Counted from the whole stretch's first letter, positions 25,855 through 37,969 are shown. The stretch: DNA of 63,823 nt, filler included, from Chiloscyllium plagiosum (GCF_004010195.1; 5 parts of one record of this genome joined end to end with filler, not necessarily neighbours in it); one strand, 5' to 3'. Numbers and translations are program-made. Notes: generated by a model not told the origin, from the letters alone.

Positions 25855-26218
25855 CTCAGTGGTTCTCAATGCTGCCTCACAGCACGAGGCACCCGGGTTC
25901 AATGTCACCCTCGGGAACTGACTGCGTGGAGTTTGCACATTCTCCCTGTGTCTACATGGGATTCCTCCGGGTGCTTCGGTTTCCACCCACAGCCCAAAGA
26001 TGTACAGGTTAGGTGAATTGGCCAAACAAAGTTGCCCACAGTGCCCGGGGATGTGTAGATTAGGGGCATTAGTCATGAGTAAACGTAGGATAATAGGGGA
26101 ATGAGTCTGGATGTGTTACTCTTCGAAGGGTCAGTGTTCCTCTTCGAAGGGTAAGTAAGGATGTGTTGGGCCGAAGGGCCTGTTTCCACACTGTTGGGAT
26201 TCTATGAACTCTATGAAC
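25855..26218 (+). mobile_element. HE1/V-SINE-type SINE
   Basis: ctcagtggtt...gggttcaat head, central domain, tail gggccgaagggcctgtttccacactg followed by (ctatgaa)-like repeats. Confidence 0.85.
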
Positions 26219-27209
26219 AACAGGGACAGACAGAGAGAGAGCAGGAAAGAGACAGGAAAGAGATTCCAATTTCAATGTATTTTCTTCAAAAATAACATTG
26301 CAAAAAGATGTAAAAAATGGTGCACACGAACTTAGATTCTGCCACTAACACACATAACACATGCACAAGACATATGCACGTGGATATGGACATTTACACA
26401 CAAACACACGAACACACCCCCCACGTACAGGCACAGATAATGTCTTTAATACAGAGATATATAATTTTTATTAATATGTGATCGATGAACAGTCGGAGAA
26501 GGCAGGAGAATGGAGTTGAGAAATATTTCATCTGTGATCAAATGCCATGGCAGATTAGATGGGATGAATGCTGCAGTGTCTCTTGCTGATATGATCTTTT
26601 GGTGCTTGGGATTGTCTTCCCGCAAGTTCAGTGGAGACTCAAATTGGTGAGTATGTGATTTAGGAGAATTAATGGGAATATGGACAGGTTTCCGGGACTG
26701 AATGGTCGATATCTGTTCCTAATTAGCATCCATTTTTATCTCAAAAGATTGGCGATTGATTTGAGGGTAACACATTTTGAGACTAAGGGCCTTCCTATTT
26801 CAGACTGAGACAGGGATGTTCCTTTCTCTTTAAGGTTCTGTGATCTGTGGTATTCTCGTGCCGATGTAATAGTGAAGACTGGGTTACTGAAAACACTCAA
26901 GGTTGGGTATCATAGAACTTTGATGAAAAAGAGAATCTATGTTTATTGGGAACAGAGAGGAAAGGGGTATTTAGTTACAATCACATCAACAATACACATT
27001 CTGAATGGTGCAGCAGGCACGACGGGCTGAATGGCCAGCTGCTGCTCCTGCCTCATGTGTTGTTCTCTCATGCACTCAGTAATATTACACAGATAAAGGA
27101 CGATCCCATTCAGCCAGTCAGCATCATTATAATGAGACAGAAGGAGACTATTCTGCCCTCTAAAGGTTTACACAGGAAGAGGTTGATGTGTTTCAGCCTG
27201 CTAAGTACA

Positions 27210-27645
27210 TCATACAATGACCCAAACTCGGATTTCAAACCCACCACAGCAGATGGTAGAATTTGAATTCAATAAAATATTTGGAATTAGCAATCTAATG
27301 AAATATTTATGACTGTCAAAACTAAAGAAAAAGCCTGGCTCACTAGTGTCCTCCAGAGAAGCCTGGCTCACTAGTGTCCTTCACTGGTCTGACTTACATG
27401 TTACTCCAGACTCTCAGGAATGGCAGACTCTCAAATGCCCTTTGCAATGGCCAAGCCAGCCATTCAGATATAACACTACAAGTTCTTAAAGAAGTGAAAC
27501 CAGACAGACCTGAGAACTGGCAGCCGACAGCACATCGAAGTGCAAGGGTTCAGAAAGGCAGTTCCCCAACAGCTTCTCGAGAGCAACTCGGTAAGGGGAA
27601 TAAATGCTGGCCCAGCCACCAACGCCCATGTCCCATTAATGAATG
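27210..27645 (+). mobile_element. tRNA-derived SINE, second family (central domain resembles Meta-domain SINEs; inferred)
   Basis: ttcaaacccaccacagcagatgg...ctggctcactagtgtcc (27-bp internal duplication)...tggtctgacttacatgttactccagac; tail aataaatgctggcccagcc...cccattaatgaat also found at ~5655-5720. Confidence 0.55.
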
Positions 27646-28042
27646 TTAGATGTCCACACTCAGAAAAGAGAGATAGAGGGGACAGACCTTACTTAAAACA
27701 GTGACTTGGATATATACCTACATGTGCATGAATATGGAAAAAGGGAAACATATATGAAGATAATCTCACATTTTATTTCCATCGCAGCTGATTATCAATA
27801 ATCCCTTTTTTATCCTTCTATTTCTCCACAAATTCCAATCATTCCAGCAACACACATTATACTATTTCCCAGCTACTTTCAGATCTGACACATGGTGAGT
27901 GGATTTAAAATGCGAACTCTGTTTTTCTCTCGACAGAGGCTGACAAAACTGCTCCGTTTCCCCAGCACTCTGTTACTTTTTGCTTCAGATCGGCCAAAAA
28001 CTTACTTTGTTTGATTTAACCATTTTTTTATTTTACGGGACA

Positions 28043-28326
28043 TTGGCCCATCGAGTTCACACTGACCCTCTGCAGAGCATTGCACTATGAACCACCTCAT
28101 ACCCTACTTCTGTACTTCCATTCTCTAAGCCATTTCCTACCATATCACGGCATTTCCAATAGCTAACATACCTAGCTGCACATGATGGGTAATTTAGTAT
28201 GATCAATGCACTGAACCTGTTTGGACTGTGGGAGGAACCTGGACCACCTGGCGGAAACACTAGCAGACCCGGGGAGAATGTGAAAACGCAATACAGACAG
28301 TCCTGAAGGTGGACGCACACTGTTTT
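28043..28326 (-). mobile_element. Diverged HE1-type SINE body whose 5' head is amplified into the adjacent array
   Basis: tttggactgtgggaggaacc...ggggagaatgtg; tail ggcccatcgagttcacactgacc. Confidence 0.75.
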
Positions 28327-30136
28327 CCTAGTACCGTGAGACAGCTGTGCTAACCACTGAGACACCACGTCCCCTCTCCCTCCCCACCAAACCGGGTCCC
28401 TTTTACTGTGAGACATCCGTGCTAACCACTGAGACACCATGCTCCCCTCTCCCTACCGCCAAACCGGGTCCCTGGTACTGTGAGACAGCCGTGCTAACCA
28501 CTGAGACACCATGTCCCGCTACCCCCTCCGCCAACCCGGGTCCCTGGTACTGTGAGACAGCCGTGCTAACCACTGAGACACCATGCTCCCCTCTCCCTAC
28601 CGCCAAACCGGGTTCCTGGTACTGTGAGACAGCCGTGCTAACCACTGAGACACCATGTCCCGCTACCTCTCCGCCAAACCGGGTCCCTGGTACTGTGAGA
28701 CAGCCGTGCTAACCACTGAGATACCATGCTCCCCCAACCCCTCCCCCACAAATCGGGTCCCTGGTACTGTGAGTCAGCCATGCTAACCAATGAGACACCA
28801 TATCCCCCTCCCCCTCCTCCCAAAACCACATCCCTGGTACGGTGAGACAGCCATGCTAACCACTGAGAAACCATGCTCCACCTCCCCTCCCTCACAAACC
28901 GGATCCCTGGTACATTGAGTCAGCCACGCTAACCAATGAGACACCATGCTCCCTCCCCCTCCACCCCAAACCGGGTCCCTAGTACTGTGAGACTGCCGTG
29001 CTAACTACTGGGGCAGTCCCTGGTACTGTGAGTCAGCCGTACTAACCACTGAGACACCATGCTCCCTCCCCCTCCCCCCAAAACCGCATCCCTGTTACTG
29101 TGAGACAGCCGTGATCACCACTGAGACACTATGCCCCTCCCCCTCTCCCAAACCGAGTCCCTGGTACTGTGAGAAAGCCGTGCTAACCACTGAGACACCA
29201 TGCCCCTCCCCTTCACCAAACCGAGTCCCTGGTACCGTGAGACAGCCGTGCTAACAACTGAGACCAAATGCCCCCCCCCCCCCACCTCCCCCAAACCGGG
29301 TCCCTGGTACTGTGAGACAGCCGTGCTAACCACTGAGACACCATGTCCTCCTCTGCCGCACCCACAAACCGGGTCCCTATTACTGTGAGTCAGCTGGGCT
29401 AACCAATGAGACACAATATCCCCCTCCTCCTCCCCTACCAAACCGCATTTTTGGTACTGTGAGACAGCCGTGCTAACCACTGAGACATCATCTCTCCATC
29501 CCCCTCCCCCCAAACCGGGTCCCTGGTACTGTGAGACAGCCGTACTAAGCACTGAGATACCATGCCCCTCCCCCTTCACCAAACTGAGTGCCTGGTACTG
29601 TGAGACAGCCGTGCTAACCACTGAGAAACCATGCTCCACCTTCTCCTCCCCCACAAACCGGATCCCTGGTACTTTGAGTCAGCCACTCTAACCAATGAGA
29701 CACCATGCTCCCTCCCCCTCCACCCCAAACCGGGTCCCGAGTACTGTGAGACAGCCGTGCTAACCGCTGAGACACCATGACCCCTTCCCCTCCACCCCAA
29801 ACCGGGTCCCGAGTACTGTGAGACAGCCGTGCTAACTACTGAGACACCATGACCCCTCCCCCTCCACCCCAAACCGGGTCCCTGGTACTGTGAGACAGCC
29901 GTGCTAACCGCTGAGACACCATGCCCTCTTCCCCTCCCCTCAAACCGAGTCCCAGGTACTGTGAGTCAGCCGTGCTAACCACTGAGACACCATGCCCCCT
30001 TCCCCCCCAAACCGAAACCGGGTCCCTATTACTGTGAGTCAGCTGGGCTAACCAATGAGACACAATATCCCCCTCCTCCTCCCCTACCAAACCGCATTTT
30101 TGGTACTGTGAGACAGCCGTGCTAACCACTGAGACA
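28327..30136 (-). repeat. Tandem array of ~26 SINE tRNA-like heads (~72-bp period) with variable G-rich spacers
   Basis: Conserved ~55-bp unit (plus strand) ccaaaccgggtccctggtactgtgagacagccgtgctaaccactgagacaccatg plus a C-rich spacer; the array runs into the gap at 30137. Confidence 0.95.
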
Positions 30137-30236
30137 NNNNNNNNNNNNNNNNNNNNNNNNNNNNNNNNNNNNNNNNNNNNTTAATTAATTAANNNNNNNN
30201 NNNNNNNNNNNNNNNNNNNNNNNNNNNNNNNNNNNN
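30137..30236. other. Artificial scaffolding linker N44-TTAATTAATTAA-N44
   Basis: Same construct as 18579-18678. Confidence 0.95.
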
Positions 30237-30362
30237 GCAGGAGGCTCTCAAGCACTGATGATGTCGCCTAGCCAGGGGACGAAACGTTTGCAACAAAAAC
30301 GTCCAGCTCGGCGAACAGAACCAAAACAACGAGCACCCGAGCTACAAATCTTCGCACAAACA
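30237..30362 (+). mobile_element. PLE terminal repeat (family 2)
   Basis: Nearly identical to the reverse complement of 45809-45895 and to the end at 46950-46990. Confidence 0.85.
30252..30291 (+). ncRNA. Intact minimal hammerhead ribozyme motif (PLE family 2)
   Basis: gca-CTGATGA-T-GTCgCCT-AGCC-AGGgGAC-GAAA-C-GTT-tgc: helix I gca/tgc, stem II, palindromic ACGT. Confidence 0.75.
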
Positions 30363-30494
30363 ATAATCCATCAAGTTTGTGAGACATGATCCTGCACATG
30401 CAACTGTGTTGCCTGTTGCTGGTAATCCGTACGAGAGTACTGTTGGCGCTGCACTCATTCAGACAAGTGATTATTCCATCATATTCCTGACTTG

Positions 30495-30780
30495 TGGAAA
30501 CAGTGTTGAAACAGGCCCTTCAACCTACCCAGTCCACACCAACCCTCCGAAGAGTAACCCACCCACACCCGTTTCCTTCTGACTGAAATACTTGACAATT
30601 TTTTATGGTCAATTCACCTGGCCTGCACATCTTTGGACTGTGGGAGAAAACCCACGCAGATACGGGGGGGAGGGGTGTGTGGGGAATGTGCAAACTCCAC
30701 ACAGTCACCCAAGGCCAGAATCGTACCTAGGACTTTGGCGTTGTGAGGTAGCGGTGCTAAACACTGAGCCACCGTGCCGC
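30495..30780 (-). mobile_element. HE1/V-SINE-type SINE
   Basis: Head gcggcacggtggctcagtgtttagc on the minus strand; central domain; CR1-like tail. Confidence 0.85.
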
Positions 30781-30786
30781 TCTTGA

Positions 30787-31510
30787 TGGCTTCCGTAGAG
30801 TGGGAGGTTAGCCGAGCCGTGATGGTTACTGTACAGTGGGAGGCATGTCGGGCCGTGATGGTTATTGTACAGTGGGAGGTATGTCGGACCGTGACAGTTT
30901 CTGTACAGTGGGAGGTATGTCGGACCGTGACGGTTACTGTTCAGTGGGAGGTATTCGGGCCGTGATGGTTACTGTAGAGTGGGAGGTATGTCGGACCGTG
31001 ATGGTCACTGTAAAGTGGGAGGTATGTCGGACCGTGATGGTTACTGTACAGTGGGAGGTATGTTGGGCTGTGATGGTTACTGTACAGTGGGAGGTCTGTC
31101 TGGCCGTGATGGTTACTATACAGTGGGAGGTACGTCGGGCTGTGATGGTTACTGTACAGTGGGCGGTATGTCGGGCCGTGATCGTTACTGTACAGTGGGA
31201 GGTCTGTCTGGCCGTGTTGGTTACTATACAGTGGGAGGCATGTCGGTGTGTGACGGTTACTGTACAGTGGGAGGTATGTCGGGCTGTGATGGTGACTGTA
31301 AAGTGGGAGGTATGTCGGGCCGTGATGGTTACTATACAGTGGGAGGTATGTCGGGCTGTGATGGTTACTGTACAGTGGGAGGTATGTCTGGCCGTGATGA
31401 TTACTATACAGTGGGAGGTATGTCGGGCCGTGATGGTTACTGTACAGTGGGAGGTATGTCGGGCCCTGCCGGTTGCTGTACAGTGGGAGGTCTATCTGGC
31501 TGTGAGGTTA
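30787..31510 (+). repeat. 36-bp minisatellite (~20 units)
   Basis: Unit gtgatggttactgtacagtgggaggtatgtcgggcc; inverted paralog at 60935-61262. Confidence 0.95.
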
Positions 31511-31800
31511 CAGACTGTATGAATTGTACAGAGTATGACTCTGCTGCTGCCAAATGCCCTCTGCACTTCATGGCTGCATCGTCATTGTTTATTCAATCTG
31601 TGTAAAGTCTGTCCCATTCAGTACTCCAGGGGCTACATATCATGGTGAGGAGGGTCTGCAAAATGTGAAGATAGCCATTGCTCCCCTTTGTGCAGTGACC
31701 ATTCTTACTGATATTTGAAATGGAGACGTGTATCTACAGCAGGCAGATCGGTGACGATGTGGTCAATTGCATGTTTCCCTTTTAGTGATTCTGCCATGGT

Positions 31801-31985
31801 ACACTATGGCAGTTTACCATGGCCAATTCATCTGAGCTGCACATCTTTGGACTGTGGGAGGAAACCCACGCACACAGAGAGAGAATGCGCAAACTCCACA
31901 CAGGCAGTTGCCCGAAGCTGGAATCAAACCTGGGACCCTGGTGCTATAAGGCAGCTGTGCGAACCACTGAGCCGCCATGCCACCC
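31801..31985 (-). mobile_element. HE1-type SINE lacking its tail (full-length paralog at 60302-60588)
   Basis: Head and central domain present; the tail seen in the right arm is absent here. Confidence 0.8.
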
Positions 31986-32329
31986 TATATTGACTATATA
32001 CCAAGGAGCTGCCCCCCTCTACCTGGCTGTGTCCTGTCAGTGGGACAGAAGCTACCAGAGAGGATGGTGATGTTGCCTGGGACATGGTCCTGTTCACATA
32101 ATCTTGCTTTCCAGACAATATCTGATTATTGCTTGATTCGTCTGTGGGAAATATGCAACAGGTAAATTTTACATTTTATAGAATGGAGAGTTAATCTCAC
32201 TTTATTTCTTACATATTTTGAAATACACCGAACATCCTTGTTTTTTAGTTGAAAACAATTGAAGTGAAAAATAATTGAATTATCAGAGTGCACAGCTAAC
32301 TATTACAGTTCAGTGACTGTAGTAAACAG

Positions 32330-32890
32330 CCAATTGCACCAAGTTGCAGGCAGCAAAGCTGTTGAAAATGACCTTGAGGAAAAGCCTGATTCAGACACAG
32401 TGTTACTGGCCCTCACCATGACCTCCAAACCACTGGCCATCTCCAATATCTGTCCAGAGAGCTTCCAAACTGGAGCTGGGCAGTTACTCTCACAATCGCT
32501 CACAATAGACTGGTTAGAGACATATCTGAGCAACAGGGAGATGTGTGTGGGGCAGACTGGTCAATGAGCTAGCACATGGCGCTGGTCCAGTCACAGTTCA
32601 ATATTTATAACAACGACCTATAAACAACCATGTCCTGCAAGCATGTCTCTTCTTGTGTGCCACCTAAACTCTGTAATTCTGAATCTTGGACCCGATCCTG
32701 AATGAAGATGTTGTAAAGGTGATGTACTACTGCAGCACATGGCATCTTACATTGAATCACTCATAAAACATATCCAGTGTATGTTAGCCCCAAAATGTCA
32801 GTATCCAAACAGAATTGTGCAGCTCCATTGATGGCCAGCGAGATCCCAGCCCAACAACCTTGTGTGTGACTTGAGCTGGAAATCTCTGTG
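32330..32890 (+). pseudogene. Fossil non-LTR RT, Vingi/Ingi(I-group)-like (paralog 59395-59925, -)
   Basis: Across frameshifts: ENDLEEKPDSDTVLLALT...DWLETYLSNR...QFNIYNNDL...LNEDVVKVMYYCSTWHLTLN...IDGQRDPSPTTLCVT, matching RT motifs (ENGF...T.AVF.DLT, FNIYTNDLP, W.L..N..KT, P.YLGVTLD). Confidence 0.6.
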
Positions 32891-34099
32891 TAAATGTTTG
32901 CAGCATTGTTCTAACCGTTAACAGCCATTACATAAAGCCTCTTTACTGAAGGTCCGATATCCTTTCATAATACAAACCTTTAGATTGTCCAATTAGCACA
33001 AACTCCACCCATTTATTCAGTACACTGTTATAACAACAATATGATGAAAACTCACAGTAAGGAGCATTGAAATGATGAGTCTCATTGCCCCACCCAAGCC
33101 GAAATTATTATTAAGTACAAGGACTTTGAAAATATACAATTATTTTCCCTTGTATTAATATTGTTAACTAATAGTCAATTCTCCTGCTCCTCAGATACTG
33201 CCTGAACGTCTGAGTTTTCTTTTGCAGAACCACACTTTTTGACTCTGATCTCCAGCATCTGCAGTCCTCACTTCCTCCCTGCTAATATTCACTCATAATG
33301 ATTTTCGTGGCAACGTGTTTGTGTGATGCTCGGTGTGTAGGCCATGCCTCTGAGAGACTGACAGATTGTTTCAAACAGCATATCTCTTCAGCTGTTCACA
33401 ACAAGCAACGTACTGCCTGGACCAACTAGCCTGAGCTCACAAATCCCAAAACACAGTGTCCAGCATTGAACAGTTCTGGACAATATTTTTTATGTTAATT
33501 TATTCATGAAATGTGATTGGGACGGCATTTATTGATAGATAGGTAACTTGAAACAGTGACACTGAAGGATCGGCAATATACTTTCCAATCAGGATGGTCG
33601 ATGGCTTGGAACATTACGCGAACATGGTGGGGGTCCCGTGTATCTGCTTCCCTTGCCCTTCTTGATGGTCGGGATTCAGAGGTAAGTTGTAAGGAGCCTT
33701 GGTAAATTTCTGCAGAGCACCGTGTAGATGGAAGGTATTGCTGCTACTGAGTGTCAGTGGATGACGGGTGAAGCTGCATTCACACAGGTAAATGGAAATA
33801 ATTAATCACACACACATTCAATATGTGTCTTGGCAATAGGGAACAGGCTTTCGGAAATTTTAAGGTGAGTTATTCCAGCAGAACTTATAGCCCTTGACAT
33901 ATTCTTGTTGCCAGTGAATTTAAACGCGTCAAAAGGTGGCGCTTGAAAAGCAAAACAGGTCAGGCAGCATCTGAGGTACAGGAGAGTCGATGTTTTAGCA
34001 TAAGCCCTTCACAGGAATGGTAATAAAATCATATGCTTAGTCCAGTTCAGGTTAACGGTAATCCCCGCGATATTGCTTGGTGTGTGTTCAGTTATGGTG

Positions 34100-35830
34100 G
34101 TGGCATTGAACGTTAGAGGATGTGGTTCAATTTTCCATTGTAAGAAGTAATCGTTGTCTGGCACATGTGTAATGGAAATGGTATTGTCACTGTTAAGCAC
34201 ACACCTGCATACTTCCAGGTCCTTGTTGCATTTGGACAAGGACTGCTTCAGTATCTGAGAAAATCACAAATGGTGTTGAACATTGTCCAATCATGGGCAA
34301 ACATCCCCAAGTATGATTTTACAGTCATTTATGAAGCAGCTGAAGGCCTAGGGCAGAGAGCACTCTTATCATTCACTGATGCTGTCCCTCTCTCTGAGCT
34401 AGGAAGCTGGCTTCTAGTTCCACCTGCTCCAGAGGTTTCTGACAACATATCTGAACGGAATAATATTACAGTATCTAATCCAAGGAGCTGAGCGAGGACT
34501 TGGTTAGCTCAATCAGTTGGACGGCTAGTTTGTAATGCAGATTAATACTAACAGTGTGGGTTCAATTCTGCACTGACTGAAGTCACTGAAAAGGGCTATC
34601 CTACTCAACCTCTCCCTCACTTGAGGCATGATGACTGTCAAGTTAAACTACCGCCAGTCGTCTCTGTCTAACGAGAGAGCAGCCCTATCATCCCATAGGA
34701 GTATGGTGCCTTACCCTTCCATTTCTGATCTACAGGATTACCCAGAAACCCCTCCCATGGGGAACTGCTGCAGAGCTGAGATAGCTGCTCTCCTCAAACC
34801 CCAGCCACCTTCCTTTGTACCAGGTATAACTTCAGCCAGTGCAGACGATTCCTATTTGCTCCAGTTTTGCCGTTAATCCTGGTTACGACACTTGGTCACA
34901 TGCAGTTATGATGATGTTAAGTGCAGTCACTGTTGCCTCACCTCAAGAATTCAGCTGCGTGTTCTCTTGTTGTACATCATTAAACCAAGGCTTCAATGAG
35001 CCCAAGGGATGAGAGCCCAAACTGAGCTTCAGTGAACAGGTTGGTGCTGAGCAAGTGCTGCTCGATCCCACTGTAGGTGACCTCTTCCTTTCCTTTATTA
35101 ATGATAGCGATGAAAGCAATGGGGCAGTCATTGATTGTCTGATGTTTTGTCTGTGTGTGTACAGGACACACCTGGATGGTTTCCCACCTTGACAGGTCGG
35201 TGTCAGTGCTGTATCCCAGCAGGAACAGCTTGAATGGAATGTTATCAGGACCCACAGCCTTCGCATTCCCAATCCCTCCAGTCGTTTGGAATTACCACAC
35301 ATAGTGAATCGAATTAGCTGAAGACTGCCATCTGGAGGAGACTAAAATAGATAATCCTATCGATACTTCTGTCTGAAAATTGTTGTGGTCGTTTCAGCCT
35401 TAGCTTTTCTGTTGTTGTGTTGGGCTCTTCCATCATTAAGGAAGGTGATATGTGGGGATCCTCCTCCTCCAGTGAGTTGTTTGATTGACACCACCATTCA
35501 ACCTGGCTGCATGTGACAGGATTGCGGAGGTTCGTTCAGATTTGTTGGTTAGATCTGTCTGTCACTAGCTGTTTATGCTATTTGGTGAGTAAGTTGTCGT
35601 GTTTGGTAACGTTACCTCATTTTGAGATATACCTGGTGCTGCTCTTGGCCAGCCCTCCTGTATTCTTCATTGAACAAGGGTTTATCCCCTGGCCTGATGG
35701 TCAGGGTAAAGTGAAGCATATGCCAGGCAGTGACAGTGAAAATTGTGCTGGAGTGCTATTCTGTTGCTGTTGGTAATGACCCAAACCACCTCCCACAGGC
35801 CAGTGCTGAGTTCTAGATCTCTTCGAAATC
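34100..35830 (-). mobile_element. L2/CR1-group LINE ORF2 remnant with nested SINEs
   Basis: AVGPDNIP, QHLLSTNLFTEAQFG, MFAHDWTMFNTI (FADD-like). Confidence 0.75.
34490..34715 (+). mobile_element. tRNA-derived SINE, third family (paralog ~56400-56625, -)
   Basis: A box ggttagctcaatcagttgg and B box gggttcaattc. Confidence 0.6.
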
Positions 35831-36829
35831 TGTCCCGTTCAGCATGGTGATAGTATCTCTCACATGTGCGCTTAAGCGTGTACACATCACACTATTCACA
35901 ATGGGTCTTTGTCTCCAGAAATACTGTGTGCGATAGTCATTGTTTCCAATTTGGTCATCGATCAACGTCTCTGCAGCCGTGGTGAAGATGAGGTCAAGTA
36001 TGTTTCTGCCTGTCAGTCGTTCCCTCCCAATTCGGTGCAGACCCAGTCTCGCAGCTATGTACTTTTGGACCCGACCATCTCGATCAATAATGCTGCCTGC
36101 TGCTGAGCACCTCTTGGTTGTGATTTTGAAATAGCACCCCCCTCTACATTATACATTTTCCAGCTCATTCACTCTGTCAGTGCCTCCTCCAAGTGTTCAA
36201 TGTAGAGGGACACTGATCCATCAGCTGAGGGAAAGGAGTCAGCAGGAGGTTTCCGTGTCTGTGTTTGATCTGACACGTGAGGCTTCGTTATGTTACATTG
36301 TTGCTTGAGGAGTCTGTAGAACGCCTCTCCCACATTTCGCCCTAGCCCCCAGACGTTAGGAAGGAGGGATTTCCAGTGTTCAGTGTCTGCACGGGCTTTT
36401 CCACTTTTATTACTATCAATCGAAGGGCCTCTTCTGTTCTGTATGACACTCGCTCTATAACTCCTGTGATTGGACAGTCCAAGGTGTCACTCCTTCAGTT
36501 CCTCCAAATGCCTTGTCTATTCCACAGATTTATACAATATTTTCTCTATTAAGATATTGCACAATTCTATTTTTAAACTAGCTACCTGTATCTCTGTATC
36601 TTTCCCTACCATCTCATCCAACCGCTACATCCATTTGTATCTCAATAACCCTTCGTATCACTACAACCTGTATATCATGCTACAGCCTAATTTATCACTG
36701 TAAACTCCGCCAGCCCCTTCACCAGTCACTATCATTCTAATATCCAGTTGGTTCACCATTCCCCATCTCCTGTGAATGAGTTCAAAAATATCTCACTAAC
36801 CTATTCGAGCATGCACAGGCCACATTATT

Positions 36830-37325
36830 TCTGTAATACCTCCAGTTTTGTTTTCCTATCAGTGTAACATCTCCAGCCTTGCTTTCGTTTCCCTCTGTAA
36901 CATTTCCATCTTTTCAATCCTCTCTCTGTAACATCTCCAGCCTTGCTTTCCTATCTCTGTAACATCTAGAACCTTGTTTCCTCTCTCTGTAACATCTCCA
37001 GCCTTGCTTTCCTATCTGTGTAACATCTCCAGCCTTGCTTTCCCATCGCTGTAACATATCCAGCCTTGCTTTCTTCTCTCGGTAACATCTCCAGCCTTGC
37101 TTTCCTATCTCTGCCCCAGCACCAGCCTTGCTTTCCTATCTCTGTAACATCTCCAGCCCTGTTTTCCTCTTTCTGTAACATCTCCAGCCTTGCTTTCCTA
37201 TCTCTGTAACATCTCCTGCCTTGCTTTCCTATTTCTGTCACATCTCTGGTCGTGCTTTCCTGTCTCTTTAACATCTCCAGACTTTCTTTACTATCTCTGT
37301 AACATCTTCGAACTTGCTTTCCTTC
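36830..37325 (+). repeat. 31-bp minisatellite adjoining a CR1 endonuclease remnant (paralog 51330-51820)
   Basis: Unit tctgtaacatctccagccttgctttcctatc; flank 37330-37670 (-) is a decayed CR1 APE region. Confidence 0.9.
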
Positions 37326-37969
37326 ACACCTCAGTGACTTGGTTTTTACACACCTCAGTGAATTGGTTATATATTTGCTCCTGTCTTTTCATTTTTCTGG
37401 GGCTCTATAAGATATCCCCAGCAGTGTGACTGTCATCGTTTGGACCTTAACATCGACCCATAAAGCCTCATTTGAAGACATGCCCAAGGTCTCGTCCCTC
37501 CTCACTGCAGTAACTGTTCCTGAATCAATAATGCAGCACCACCTCCTCTTTAACACCCTATCCTGTCCTGCGTATAGTTCCAGTACAACAGAATATTGAG
37601 TTGTTAGCCCTGACCTCTCTCAAACATGTCTCTGTGATGGCAAAAACGTTCCACCTCCACATGTCAACTCATGCCATTATTACAACAGACTGTCTGATAA
37701 TACTGCCAGTATTAACGTAAGCTGGAATATAACATCTGGAATACTCTGTGTATCAGAGTTCTTCAATCATTCACTATTTGTTATCAAACCATGAACCAAA
37801 ATTGTAACTCTGGGACTGAATGAATATCTGTTGAAGTGTAATTTTTTTTTTGTAAAAAATGTATTCATCAAGTGCAACTTTCCAGAACTGAGCAGTCAGC
37901 TCCACATACAATGAGTTTCTGATGGTTAATTCCCACCTCAGTGTGCAAAGAGGGCAGCCCTCAGTAATG

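Larger units (their letters stand above)
30787..37830 (+). repeat. Left arm of inverted segmental duplication (partner 50793-61262)
   Basis: Colinear reverse-complement match of the minisatellites, SINEs, RT fossil, pLTRs and unique spacers. Confidence 0.9.

Noticed and set aside
28327..30136. CRISPR array
   Set aside because: The repeat is a SINE tRNA head, spacers are low-complexity and recurring, the context is vertebrate, and there are no cas genes.
28327..30136. tRNA gene cluster, or repetitive proteins (PGPWYCETAVLTTET)
   Set aside because: Units lack a T arm/B box and acceptor stem; the ORFs just reflect the 72-bp periodicity.
30836..31605. 228-aa and 208-aa ORFs as genes
   Set aside because: They are translations of a 36-bp minisatellite with no splice or domain support.
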